A DNA stretch of 63,341 nt, counting the filler, from Hyphochytrium catenoides (taxonomy: Eukaryota > Protista > Hyphochytriomycota), in the NCBI GenBank assembly GCA_900088475.1. It is 3 parts of 3 records of this genome, joined end to end, with 100 filler letters (N's around TTAATTAATTAA, not from the genome) between each part and the next. Parts side by side here need not be neighbours in the genome. Positions count along the whole stretch, not along the records: positions 1 to 6,649 come from FLMG01002501.1; positions 6,750 to 35,395 come from FLMG01003935.1; 1 more part is not named here. One strand, 5' to 3'. Below are positions 1-11,710 of this stretch, piece by piece. The notes under the pieces were generated by a model, which worked only from the letters and a program-made list of their open reading frames with translations, ran no database searches and was not told the origin of the DNA. Each line of letters begins with the position of its first letter. The stretch's first letter is position 1. A program made the translations under genes and the position numbers.

Positions 1-76
1 CATGGTCTTCTTCCGTGCGTTGCTCGTGGATTGACATAGGCTCTTATACTATCCTCTTTTCTTTCGCTACTGCTAG

Positions 77-1035
77 AATGAGAGACCGAACAAGGAAATT
101 GACAAGCTGAAGGCAGAGATCTTAGCAAGAGATAAGGAGCTTCAGCGGCTTGCGGTAAGCGCTCTCGAATTTCTTTCAGTCCTGTTCCCACAATCCTCGA
201 GCTAGCTTCTAATTTACTTCTTCTAATTCGTCTTCAGTAATGTGCCAGACTATGCTTGCATCCCATTGACCTCAACTTATCGCTATCCTTGCTTCCAACT
301 TGGAATTTCGTATCGAGGTCTCACTTGTTCGTTGCCTTGGACTGCAACAATCACAGGCGGAGATAGAAAAAGAAGTGGCGCGCCGTCACAGTGCCGAGGA
401 CGGACTCGCGCAACTCAGGCAAAGCCATGAGACTCTTCAGCAACAAGCACAGGCGGTACAAGCTGAGCTTCAGGCCCAGAGACGAGAAAACGCTGCTATA
501 TTAGAGAAACAGAAGCGGAATGACAAGGAGGGAGAAGGTCGCCCTGGTGCCGCTAATGGCACGCATGACGCAGCACTACTCAAAGCACTAGAAGAGGAGG
601 TGCGAAAGGGTCAATTTTTGCCTGACCAAATGTCTTCTCTCTAGACCACCTTTCAGCTCCTATTCCGATCATCTATTGTCTTTTTCCAAGTCTATTCCAC
701 CTCTTCCCGCCTCAGGTGTCGCCAGCACGCTCCTACAAGTCCATCCTCTCCTATTAAGTTGCCATGTTTTGCTCTTTCTCTAAAGCTGTAGAGAGGCTGT
801 TTCCACATTGTCCCTCACTTGCTTTCTTCCTCCTTTTTCACTAAACCTCTTGACATGTCAGAAGAGAAAATTGGAGGAGCTGATGGAGGAGCACACGGAC
901 CTCTTGGTCCTCCTTGCCAACCTAGAACTGGAGAAAGACGCCATGGAAGAAGTTCTCAGAGAAGAAAGAGGGGAAGGGGCCGTAGAGAGGGCAATTTCTC
1001 TCTCTAGAGAAAGAGGAGCCATGGATCTTGATTAA
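77..1035 (+). CDS. 3' end of a coiled-coil protein with a Uso1/p115-like C-terminus (5'-partial; exons 77-154, 357-599, 862-1035)
   Basis: Three phase-0 exons with AG/GT borders join in frame: NERPNKEIDKLKAEILARDKELQRLA | AEIEKEVARR...LLKALEEE | KRKLEELMEEHTDLLVLLANLELEKDAMEEVLREERG. The EHTDLLVLLA segment resembles the Uso1/p115 tail (EQDDLLVLLA). Confidence 0.6.
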
Positions 1036-1251
1036 TGAACCAGCTTCCTTCTTCTTCCTTATGAACAATAATTTAAAGTGGTTCTTTCCAGATTCAGGAG
1101 CCTCAGTTTAGTGGCGTATTGCTTGTGCGCCCACCGGTCACGGTGACACCTTTCTTACATTCAAAGACTGAGGTTCATAAATGAAACGAAGAAGTCTGTT
1201 ATAGGTTCAACGGCTGGGATGTGCAGACCGTCGGACCTGTTCCAGGGCAGC

Positions 1252-4154
1252 TTACAAGTCAGTCTTGCTCTGATGAACGCGCTTCTGAGTCCTTCTATCG
1301 ACTACTCTGTTGGTCGCCCCTCGTTCCTGTGCTGCTATGGACTTCAATGTGGCATTAGCACGACGTTCTGCGATCTGCATCAGTCCCGATAACTCCGAAA
1401 ATCTCCGCTGGGCTTCATGTGATACGCGAGGATCTCCGCCTTCTGCTGCCTGAAATATGCAGAGGCGCGAGCACTGTCACTAGCAAGCCACTCACTCGCC
1501 GACCTCTCGCTTCCACCCTTTCCCCTCCGACTTTTCCTTTCTTTCCAGAGACTACCTCTCTTCCTAACTTTCTCTTCCTAAACAGCTACCTGTTGGAACC
1601 AGAACAGAGCCATTTTATAGTCAGTAGGCACGCCTTGACCGTTGAAGAAGAACTTCCCTAGTAGTAGCTGCGCAGGACCATAGCCTCTGCCCGCGGCCTG
1701 GGACGGGGATTGGAAGCGTGTGAGAAGGTGTTCTAGGTGTTCTAGCTTGGTGATGGAGTTTGAAGCTGATCATCAAACGTAGAGTGGTTGACTGGCGCTA
1801 CCTCTTTTGGTAGAGAATGTTCTCCCCTTAGCACCAAATTCTCATTCGATTAGCTGTCCTCTCTGTCTCTCTCTAGCTCCTTACGATTCGTCCCTCAAGC
1901 GCATATTTGCACTCTATTGCTCTGCGCTTTCCTCAACTTACATTCTTCATCCACTGGGCTGCGGTGACAAAGTCCTGCGTGAAACCCCTTCCATAAGCAA
2001 ACATCAGACCGAGATTATAGTGGGCCTCTCCCTCTCCCTGAGCTGCTGCTTTTCGATAGAGTCCCGACGCCTTATCCCAGTCCTGCGGGCCTCCTCGTCC
2101 GTACTCGAACATTAAACCTGATAAGGTAGAGTCAGAGAGAAGAATGGGCAAGGAGATGAGCGAACAAGAGATTGAGAGTAAGAAGTCAGAATGATGATGC
2201 ACGGGTGACGGGCTAAGAGGGATTTTGACTTGGGTTACGCAGTTTCTGAGCTAGCTTACTGACTCTTTCTTCGTCAGGTCTCTATAGGCGGAGGGGACAG
2301 CCTAAGAGCCTATGATCCTTCCCAGTACCCTTTGCTCTCTAAAGTCCCGTCTCTCTAACGTACCAAGTCTCACTTGCGCCTTAGGGTTCCCGCTATTGGC
2401 GGACATCTCGTAGAGCTAAAAGAGCAGGAGCAATGGGAAGTGCCATGTACGGAGGTGAGAATGCAACCGAGAACGGGGAGACTGTCATCGGAAAAAGGCG
2501 AGAGGAATGAAAGAGAGTGCGGACTACCTCTCTCGCTCTTTCTGGGTCCTGCGGAACGCCCCTTCCTTCATTGTACATGCTAGAGGCACGACAAGCAACA
2601 AAGAAAGGCGGCAGGTGACCAAAGCATAGCGAGAGCGGAGCGTCAACGACTGAAGTGCACGGCTACAAAAGCAATCTTTTGAGAAAAAGGAAAGTAAAGC
2701 AGAGAGATCGTAGTAGATCAGATAAGAGAGACAGGTCGTCGAGTAAGAACTATAGACTTCAAAATGCAACTCTCACAAAGGAGCAGAGATACAGGTAGAC
2801 GAGGAGGATGAAAGATAATGGCACAGTCTTGAGGGAGACACACGGAGCCCTTGGAGGAGTGTGACATTGGTTGGATTTGAACAAATAGCAAAGCATCCTG
2901 CCGCATGCGCTTGCCTAGACCTTACCTGCCCAGCAGCCATTGAGAGTCAGCGTGCTGATCGTCCGATGCCTGTCGTAGCCAGGCCGCCGCCGCTACATCA
3001 TCTCGACCGACCGCGGTAGTGCCAGAGGCCAAGAGGAGACCAAGAGTAGACTTGCTTTCCACATGATTCCGTTCAGCACCCTACAGTGAAGCAGGGATCA
3101 ATACGAACATATAGGGCACTGTCCAATGTAACCAGAAGGTTTAAAAACAAGTCAGAAGAAGTAAGACAGTAGCACACAATAGGCCACTTTACTGGCGGGA
3201 GAGAACGGTGACATTGATAAAGTCTGGTACGTTGGTAGGCTAGAAACTCGTACACGACATGGGTAGATTAGCAATACGTGATTGGAGAGCGCAATAGCCA
3301 CACGGGAGGGACGGGCGGAGGCTAGGGAAAGGTACGGTCCTCAGGTACCTGTCTTAAGTATGCGATAGCTCCTTTGGGGTCCTTAGGGACGCCCTCTCCA
3401 TAGAGCTTCAACAGAGCCATAAAATAGATTGAGTCTAAGTTGAAAGTAAAGAGATAGGAGCACGAGGGTAAGTTAGAACCGAGAGCTGTCCCTAAAGCTC
3501 CCCCAGGCAGAGCAGCAGAGGTAAGGACATGCAGATAAAGTCCTCTCAACCTGGGTAACGGAGACACAGTGTTCGGACTGCTCCCTTTATAGATATAGAG
3601 GTCCAATCCAGAATTGATAGATGCGATAGGATGCAACGATAAAGTTTGAAAGCCACTGGGAGTCTTCAATCGATTCCAATACTTGGACGTATGTATAAGA
3701 GCACAAGAGAGAGGAAGACTGGAAGTGATGAATTAGAGAGAGAGAGAGAGAGAGAGAGAGATGCGCAAATGCCCGTGTGTGCGAGCAAACGAAGGACATG
3801 AGGGCGTGGGGGCGGAGGTGGCATAAGGATGGTGCACCTCACTAAGCTACCTGGATGTCCACTATCGGCCCGTTGCTTCACCCGTAGTACCATGTCTGGT
3901 GTCAATCGTCTAGAGAAAGCACTTCTTCCATCAGCAGAGTTAAATGACAGGCTCGAATCAAGCGCAGTCAGTTCTGCGTCGGTGACAGGCTTTCCATAAG
4001 TCTTGTAGAACGCATTCAGGTCCTTTGGTACACGAAGAAAGTCGCCCGTGCTGGCCGTAGTAAGGGAACAGACCACGGCAACATGTACCGCTAATAGAGT
4101 AAGGTGCTGCCAGTGGGTTATTCGGCACTGTGTGCCTAACGGAGAGAAAACCAT
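1252..4154 (-). CDS. Sel1-like repeat protein with N-terminal hydrophobic signal, multi-exon
   Basis: Spliced exons give several Sel1 repeats: YFMALLKLYGEGVPKDPKGAIAYLRQ, MYNEGRGVPQDPERA, GLMFEYGRGGPQDWDKASGLYRKAAAQGEGEAHYNLGLMFAYGRGFTQD, GPAQLLLGKFFFNGQGVPTDYKMALFWFQQAAEGG. N-terminus has LTLLAVHVAVVCSLTTA; the last exon ends ...HQSKTDL* (stop 1252-1254). Confidence 0.85.
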
Positions 4155-4738
4155 CCCTTCTTATTGAGCCCAAGCCGTGGTCCACGAACAAGCTGGCTGC
4201 TAAAGAAGAGAAAGCTCCTCCGAGTCACCTGGGCAGAGGAACTAGACTCGCAACACTCGTTCAGACTCTGTGGAGCGTTCGACCAGTATTAAGACCCTTA
4301 CCCCATCCAAAGCCATGGTCTCTTCTCATCAGACGCTTCGCCGAAGAGTGGCAGGGTGGCCATCAGGCTGCAGAGCGAGCTTTCTGCTTGCAGCAGCATC
4401 GCCAGCAGCGGCGGGCGGCGCGAGCGGCGGGCCGAACCGCCATCAGCGGGCGGCGCCAGAAACTTCAACCAGCCTTTCAGCTTTCGTGATCATAGTGCTT
4501 TCATTTGGCATAATTAACATCCAGATTACGAATCAGCCCGGAGGCCTCGTTTGTCGTCGCTGTTCAAGGTCTGTGCGTTAATGCCTTGTTTCCTTCTTAC
4601 AACTCCGTTCTGATTCATTATAGTACGGTACGAAAGGAACCTCTACTTGGAATACGGTGTGGATCCTCAGGAATAGTGAAGTCGTCGTGTCAAGCTACAA
4701 GGCGTTACACATCTCGTCTGCCCCAACAAGTAGCGGGA

Positions 4739-4801
4739 TCTTCTCTCTCTCTCTCTCGCCCTCTTCCTCCTTCCTCTCTGTCTCTCTCTTTCTCCCCCAC
4801 A

Positions 4802-4836
<35 letters not shown>

Positions 4837-4886
4837 ACCCACTGTCTCTCTCTCCCTCTCTCTTTCTCTCCTCCCTCTCTCTCACA

Positions 4887-4956
<70 letters not shown>

Positions 4957-5130
4957 CTCTTATGCTTCTCTCTCGCCCCTTTTCTCTCCGCCAACTCTCT
5001 CTCTCCTCTCTTCTTTCTGTCGCGCTCTCTGCTTACCCTCCCTCTGTCTACATCCTTGCTGTCTTCTTTGCTCCTCCTGTCCCTGCAGTCTCTCTCATTC
5101 CGCTCCGTTTGCTCTTGGTCTCTTCTCTCC
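4739..5130. repeat. (CT)n/(GA)n microsatellite and low-complexity tract between two divergently transcribed genes
   Basis: Long interrupted CT run, purest at about 4890-4950, between the ATG at 4154 (-) and the ATG at 5516 (+). Confidence 0.95.
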
Positions 5131-5515
5131 GTCGTGTAAACGCCGCTCATACCGCTGCCGTGCTGGCATCGACCTACCGCACCTCTTGCTTTCACTCGCT
5201 AGCGAGGACTAGAACGCTACTGCTGCTGCTGCTGCTGTTTGCCATCGGTTCTACTGCCTAGAGGATAGCAGGAAGCAGGATATTGCAGGGTCTAGCTGGC
5301 GCAGGTAGCAATCTCAGTGGAAAGCAAGTGGGCGTAAGATAAGCGAAGTGAGTCAAAGCATCGCATGAGGAAGAAGGAGACCCTAACGGGAAGAATAGAA
5401 GTGTGAGAAGGATCTCTCAGCGGCCCTATATGGCTTTTAGAATGAAGGATGTAGAGGTGGCTGGACGAGCTGGGAGCAGAAGATAGGCCCGCAAGGGCCG
5501 AACAGAAGATAGATC

Positions 5516-6649
5516 ATGGCAGAGTTTACCTACCTGTTTCTCTCGAAGGAGAGCATTCTCAGAGAGCTTGATGAGCTTCTCCGGTACGTTGAGCTGCCCT
5601 ATCCCCTTCTCTGTGCCGCCTTCCCTTGGGCTCTCATCTCTCTTCCTGCCTGCTTTCCCTTTCGCTAGTCCTATTTACTCGTCCGTTTTATCTCTCCCTG
5701 CTGTCTATCCCCTCTCTTCTCTCTCTCCTCTCATTTTACATAGAAACGGCGAGACAGTTAGCTATGTCACTTACCCTCAATCTTTCCAGCCTGGCGCAGA
5801 GCGAAGCTCCAAAGCAGACAGCCTCGGCTGTGCGCCTCCAGGCGGCCTGGAGAGGAAAAAGAGTCCGCTCACAAATATCCTCGAAGCGGTAAGAAACGGC
5901 GACAAGCTCATCCTTCCATCTCCTTCCGCCGTCAACTTCCCCCTCTCAACTCCTTCCGCTCTCCTTTCTCTTGTATCTTGGCCTGTTTGTCCTTAGCTCA
6001 ATGTGTGGCCGTTGCTTTTATCCCCCTCCCCATCTCTATATATTTGTCCCCTATATAGTCTCTGTGCAGATAGAAGACTTTCCTAACCATTGAGTCTCCT
6101 CAGGACTCAGCAGGATGGTCGAAAACTAAGTTTCTTCTCGTCTCTCGCCGTTCTAAGTTCAAGTTTGGAGACAATTCTTCCTTCTCAATCTCACCCTATC
6201 TCTTCCTCATGCTGTCCTCCTCCTATCGCTGTTGCAGCTCTGCGGCACATCTCATTAGCCGCGTCTACCGCGGCTTCGTAGGTCGGCGACTGACGCAACG
6301 GATTCGAGAGCAGAAGGAGGAACGACTGGCTCTCTCTGTCTTCCACTATTGCGCTATACGGATACAAGTTACCTACCGAGGTTATATGAGCAGAAAGTAA
6401 GAGAAAATCGAACTGCATGAGAGCTGAGAATGGCCAGCTAAGAGGAAGAGTGTAAAATCATGTGGGCCAATGCGGTGCATCTTCTTTTTTTCTTTGAATA
6501 AGGTCTCTATCGTGCGTGTTCCTATTGACTCTGTTCTTGGGGCTCTGGCGCTCTTCTCAGTATTTCTCCTCCCTTGCCTTCTTACTTTCTTTGCTTATCA
6601 GGTACAAGCATGACTTTTATGCACGGAAGAAGTATCTCTCAGATTTAGT
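5516..6649 (+). CDS. SPATA17: SPATA17-like IQ-motif ciliary protein (3'-truncated at the linker)
   Basis: Exons MAEFTYLFLSKESILRELDELLR | LAQSEAPKQTASAVRLQAAWRGKRVR (IQ) | SAAHLISRVYRGFVGRR...CAIRIQVTYRGYMSRK (IQ) | YKHDFYARKKYL. IQ motifs followed by DFYARKKYL are typical of SPATA17. Confidence 0.75.
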
Positions 6650-6749
6650 NNNNNNNNNNNNNNNNNNNNNNNNNNNNNNNNNNNNNNNNNNNNTTAATTA
6701 ATTAANNNNNNNNNNNNNNNNNNNNNNNNNNNNNNNNNNNNNNNNNNNN
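6650..6749. other. Artificial contig-joining linker (44 N + TTAATTAATTAA + 44 N)
   Basis: Exactly 100 bp; the central 12-mer (6694-6705) gives stop codons in all six frames. Confidence 0.97.
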
Positions 6750-6820
6750 AGAGAGAGAGAGAAGAGAGAGATAAAGGTTCCTACAAGTAGAAGAGAGAGA
6801 GAGAGAGAGAGAGAAGAGAG

Positions 6821-6852
<32 letters not shown>

Positions 6853-7507
6853 AGGATGAGGGTTTCTCTACAGAACAGAACAGAGACGAGTCATCGAGAC
6901 AGTCCACAAGGCTCTCACTCCAGACTTCCAGAGCATTGAGAGAAGGGAGAGGCGAGGGAGAGGAAAACAGAAAGAGGAGAGAGAGACAGAAGGAGAGAGG
7001 AGACAGAAGGAGAGAGAGGACAGAGGCGTCAATTTGATCTCTGACTTGCCTGACGGCCGCTGGGCATGTCCAAGGTGAGCTGAGCGTCTTCGTTTCTTCT
7101 CGATTCGTCCTCGCTTTCCCCTTGTTATTCTCTCCATAAACTCTTCGCTTCTCTTCTCTCTTGCCGTGCTGCTAGCTTGTCGGGCTGTCGGGCTGTCGGG
7201 TCAGCGCTCTGATGCCATCATCATCATCCACCACGCCGCATTTTCCTGGCTTGCCTGTCTGTGTGGAGGTCTGATGAGTGATGGGGTCGAGGCTTCAACA
7301 GCCCACATCAACACGGCCGATTCTCACTCCTGGAGGACATCAGGTGGTCTCTTCAGTTATCGAACAACAGATCTTGGACTTTGAGCACAGGCTAGTCCTG
7401 GGGGATGCTGAGGAGGCCGAGACGTTACACTGATGTCTGTTGGTTCCTGGCTCTCCTCCTCCTCTTCTTCCTGTTGTCAATATCGCTGTTGCCGCCTCCT
7501 AAGCGCG

Positions 7508-7572
<65 letters not shown>

Positions 7573-8213
7573 CCTGATATTACAAAGAATGCTATTTCTT
7601 CTTAGCCCTTGTCTTTTTACTACCCTAAGGTCTCCTGCCTCCTTCCTCTGTCAAAAGTTCCTTTCCTCTCTTTCTCTTGCTGTCTCTCTCTATTTGTCTC
7701 TTTTTCTCTCTATTGCTCTCTCTCTCTCTCTCTCTCCCCTCTCTCTCGCTCTCTTGGTCTCTCTCTCTCTTCTTTCTGCGTCATTCTCTGCTTTTGTACT
7801 CCTCCGCTTGGGTCTTTCTGTCTCTCTTGATCTCTCTCTCTCCTGTGGTCTCTCTCACTACTCTCTCTTCCCTCTGCTTCTTCTCTTCCCTTTGTGCTCC
7901 TCCTCTTGGGTCTTTCTTCCTAAACCTTTCTTCCCTCCTCCTTGTCCTGGCGCCACGACTGGGTTGAAGAAGGGAGTTAACGAGAGAGGGCAGGACATCC
8001 AGGCAGCCGAAGGACGCATGGAGTGGCAACAGGTCTAGCACTGCGGCAGCTTGAGACAGAAAGGTGTAAAAGGGCTTGTTTAGCCTCGACTAGGCAGCTG
8101 TGTAGTTGGCAAGACAGCATTATCAGGGTTGAACAGACAAAGTGTCTATAGTGTCTCAAGGTAAAGCAGAGAGAGAAGAGAAGCCCAGAGCTTCAGAGTC
8201 TGGCATAGGAACG

Positions 8214-8509
8214 ATGCCGTCTCCCAAGTTAGGGAAGGAGATGCGAGATGACTATCAGCTGCTGCAGAAAGAGTATAAGAATATGGAGCAGAACCGCAAG
8301 GTAAGCGACATGGAGAGATGAAGAAGTGGAAGTCTTTAGTCCGCTGGTCCACTGTCGATAGCTAGGGAAGTAGGGAGATTATAAAGCAGACAGAGGGAGA
8401 ATGGGACTGAAGACTCCAACCGAACATACCTGGAGCTTCTGTTCTGTCCTTCTATGTCCTCAGATCATCACTGTCTTCTCTCACTCTCTCTCGGTCTTTC
8501 TTTCTCTCG

Positions 8510-8543
<34 letters not shown>

Positions 8544-9634
8544 TCACTTCTCTTTTTTTTTTCTTCCTTTCTTTCTTTTTCTATTTCTCGATCGCACTAT
8601 CGCCAGACCTCCTCGCTCTTTCTCTCTCCGCCTTTCTCTCTTTTCTTCTCGGATCTTACTATCTTCAACATTGATTAATCCTTCCTTTCGTTCTCTAACG
8701 CCATGCTCTACTTCATCCCCATTACTTTTGCAGGCCTATGCGGACGAATGCAATCAGGTCATTCGCAAGCAGCAGACACAGATCGACAAACTTCGGAAAG
8801 AGAACGAGGTGATGGTGGACGCTGATCCCTCTTCTCTATCGTTAGCCTCTTAATCCCCGTTTATTCCTCTTTACGTTTCTCCCTTTTGCTCTCGAAGATC
8901 TCGACTTTACCTTCGCTGTCTTCAGTCGATTTTACCTCCAAGATCCTGATACTTCTCTCTCCGCCTTTCTCTGTCTCTTTCTGCCTCTCTCTTTCCCCCT
9001 CTCTCTCTCTCTCCTTCCCACACGCTCGCTCTAACGTACGCTCTCTACACTCTCCCTCCCTTGGCTCTCAGGCTTTAAAAAGTCAGATCCTTCTCGAAAG
9101 TCGGTCCACCAAGCCAATCAACCCCGCGAACACTGAGACTTTTGTCAATCTTCAGGACCAGGGTAACTGATATATGGACCACTCTCCTCTATCTCTGACC
9201 TTGCGTTGCTGGGACTGCAAATTCCGCTGTTATTATCTATCACCTGTGCTGTCTCTTGCCCACTCCTCTCTCCATCTCTCTCTTTCTCTCTTTCTTGTTC
9301 TCTCTCCTCCTTGTGTTACATCTATAACGACGCTTGCTGGGCCTCGTAAGCACCTCGCCATCCTTCAGTGCACCATAATCTCTCTCTCCTGTACTGAGTG
9401 TACTCATTCCTCTCTCCTCTCTCTCTCTCTCTCTCTCACCCACACTCTTTCTCTTTTCCGTCCTTAGCGGATAGTTACACCGCTAAGATAGATCAGATGA
9501 GCCGTCAGCTGAACAGTACCACAGAGCAAATCAACGTCCTCAGGCAGAAAGTGCTGCACGAAGTAAGAAGGATATGGGAAGAGAAATCAAGGGAATGGAG
9601 GTGACAGTGCTATAGAAAAAAAGAAAGGGGGAGC

Positions 9635-9674
<40 letters not shown>

Positions 9675-10850
9675 AAGAAAGAGAGAACGGTCCGTATGGC
9701 GCTTTTCTCTTCCTAGCTTTTTGCATACCTTACTCAAGCATCTCGATCCAGAGCTTCAGCTCAAGTCTCTCGTCTCTCATGTAGTATCCACTCTTTCTCT
9801 CTTCTCTCTCTCATTCTTCAATACTTCTCCCCAGTCCGCTGTATAAAGCTCTTTTCCTGGGCCTTCCTTTCTTTGTCTAGCAATCCCGCCCTCTTTCTCT
9901 GTCTTCTCTCACTTTTTGTTTCTTCTCGCTTATAGCGAAAGCACATGGGAGGTGTTAACGCTGCGAAGGAGAGCCAAGCAGTCCTTTCAAAGCAGATTAA
10001 GATTTTAGAGAACCGTCTGGAGAAGGCGCTAGTCAAGTTCAATGAGGTGACTTTCTCTCTCTTTGTCTCTCTCCGCTCATCTCTCTTCTCTTCCCTACTT
10101 CTCGTTCAAGCTTCACCTCCTCGCTATGGTCTGCCCTAAGTGTGCTTCAACCTTTCTCTCTTTAGGCTCTGGCTCAGAATAAAGAGCTCAGGGAGCAGAT
10201 CGACAGTTCTAGGAAAGAGAGAAGCATCTTCGACAACATCCATGCGTAAGTATAAGGAGAAAATGAGGAACAGGACGGGTGACACTTTTCTCTCGCTGTC
10301 TGAAGCAAGGAGCTCACTTAGACAGTTCTTCCTAAATTTCAAAGCCATCTAACCCTGGCTAACTCTCTCTCTCTCTTTCTTCCTACGCCAACTCTCTATC
10401 TCTATCTCTGTCTGCGCCTTCCTTCATTCTTTGTACCTCACTGTCTCCCTCCTTTCCCTCTTTCTCTCTCTTTCACTCTCTCCCTCTCTCTCACTCTCTG
10501 ACCCTACCAACTATCCTAGGTGAGCCCCGCTACCTACCTCTTTGACCTGACAATACCTTCCTTTTGCCCTCAAGATCTCTTTCCTTGCCTCTCGTCCCCC
10601 AGAGTCCTCTCCTCCTAGCACCTAACGAATCTTTGGCTTATCTCCCGCAGGAAGATGGCGAAGGAGCTACAGAGCAAGAAGAAGTTGATGGCGGAAGCAA
10701 TAGAGAAGAGCAACCTCGCGTATGAGCGGAGAGACGGTGCACAGGTTAGCTTATAACGGATAAGATAAGAGGTCCACAATCATGGAGAAGGCCTCTTGAG
10801 AGGGTAGAAACAAAAGAGAGAGAAGGGAAGAGAGCTAAAGAGAGAAGGGA

Positions 10851-10905
<55 letters not shown>

Positions 10906-11679
10906 CTGAGGAGTTAGAGGCAAAAGTGAGAGAGGGAGACACATACAAAGAGCGAGAGGAACTTGCACGGCGTTGGATGGAAAGGACCTCAAGAGAGAAA
11001 GAGGAAACGGCAGACGTTTAAGAAGCTCTGTTCAGAAGAAGATTCTAATGGCGGTTCGCTAGGTTGATATTGCTATTATTGAGCAAGCGAATCGGAAGGA
11101 GGAGGAAGAGTTTGCAAAGCAGGTCAGCTTTTTCACTTTCTCTTTCTCTCTCTCTCTCTCTCTGTCTCTTACTCTCTCTTTGAAACCCTTCCTCTCGTGC
11201 CTCTTGTCTCGTTGTTTCTTACTCGCTCATCACCTCGCATGTCGGAGTTCTCCAACCCGCATAGCCTTCGCTGCATGTCTCTCTTTCTCACTCTCTCTCT
11301 GTCTCAGTCCTCATTGTTTCCTTTACTTCTCTTCTCTGTGCCCTTCTCTGTGCCTTCTCTCATGTTCTCGCGCTCTCTCTGTCTCTGTCTCTCTCTCTGT
11401 CTCTGTCTCTCTCTCTGTCTCTCTCTCTCTGTGTTCCTCTCTCTCCTCTGTCTCTCACTCTCTAATCTTCGCCTTCTTATCTTGGCGTATCACGTGTCTC
11501 CTATAGATTCGCGAGGCAGATAAGCAGCTAGCGGCGGACCTGGAGCTTGGCGTCAACGTCCCGATGGCGGACAAGTTTGGCTCTCTCACGGTTGAACAGG
11601 AGACTGCCCTCAAGTCACAGGTAGAAGAGCCTCCCTCTCTCAGACACCCTCTGTCTTTCAGTCTCTTTCTACTGCCCTT

Positions 11680-11710
<31 letters not shown>

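Noticed and set aside
4586-5261. Long ORFs with SLSLSL or ERERER runs (also throughout 7400-14800 and 33200-33500)
   Set aside because: They are translations of (CT)n/(GA)n microsatellites, which lack stop codons; not real proteins.
6694-6705. TTAATTAATTAA palindrome as a piggyBac TTAA site or regulatory element
   Set aside because: It is flanked by exactly 44 N on each side, twice in the window: a synthetic linker.
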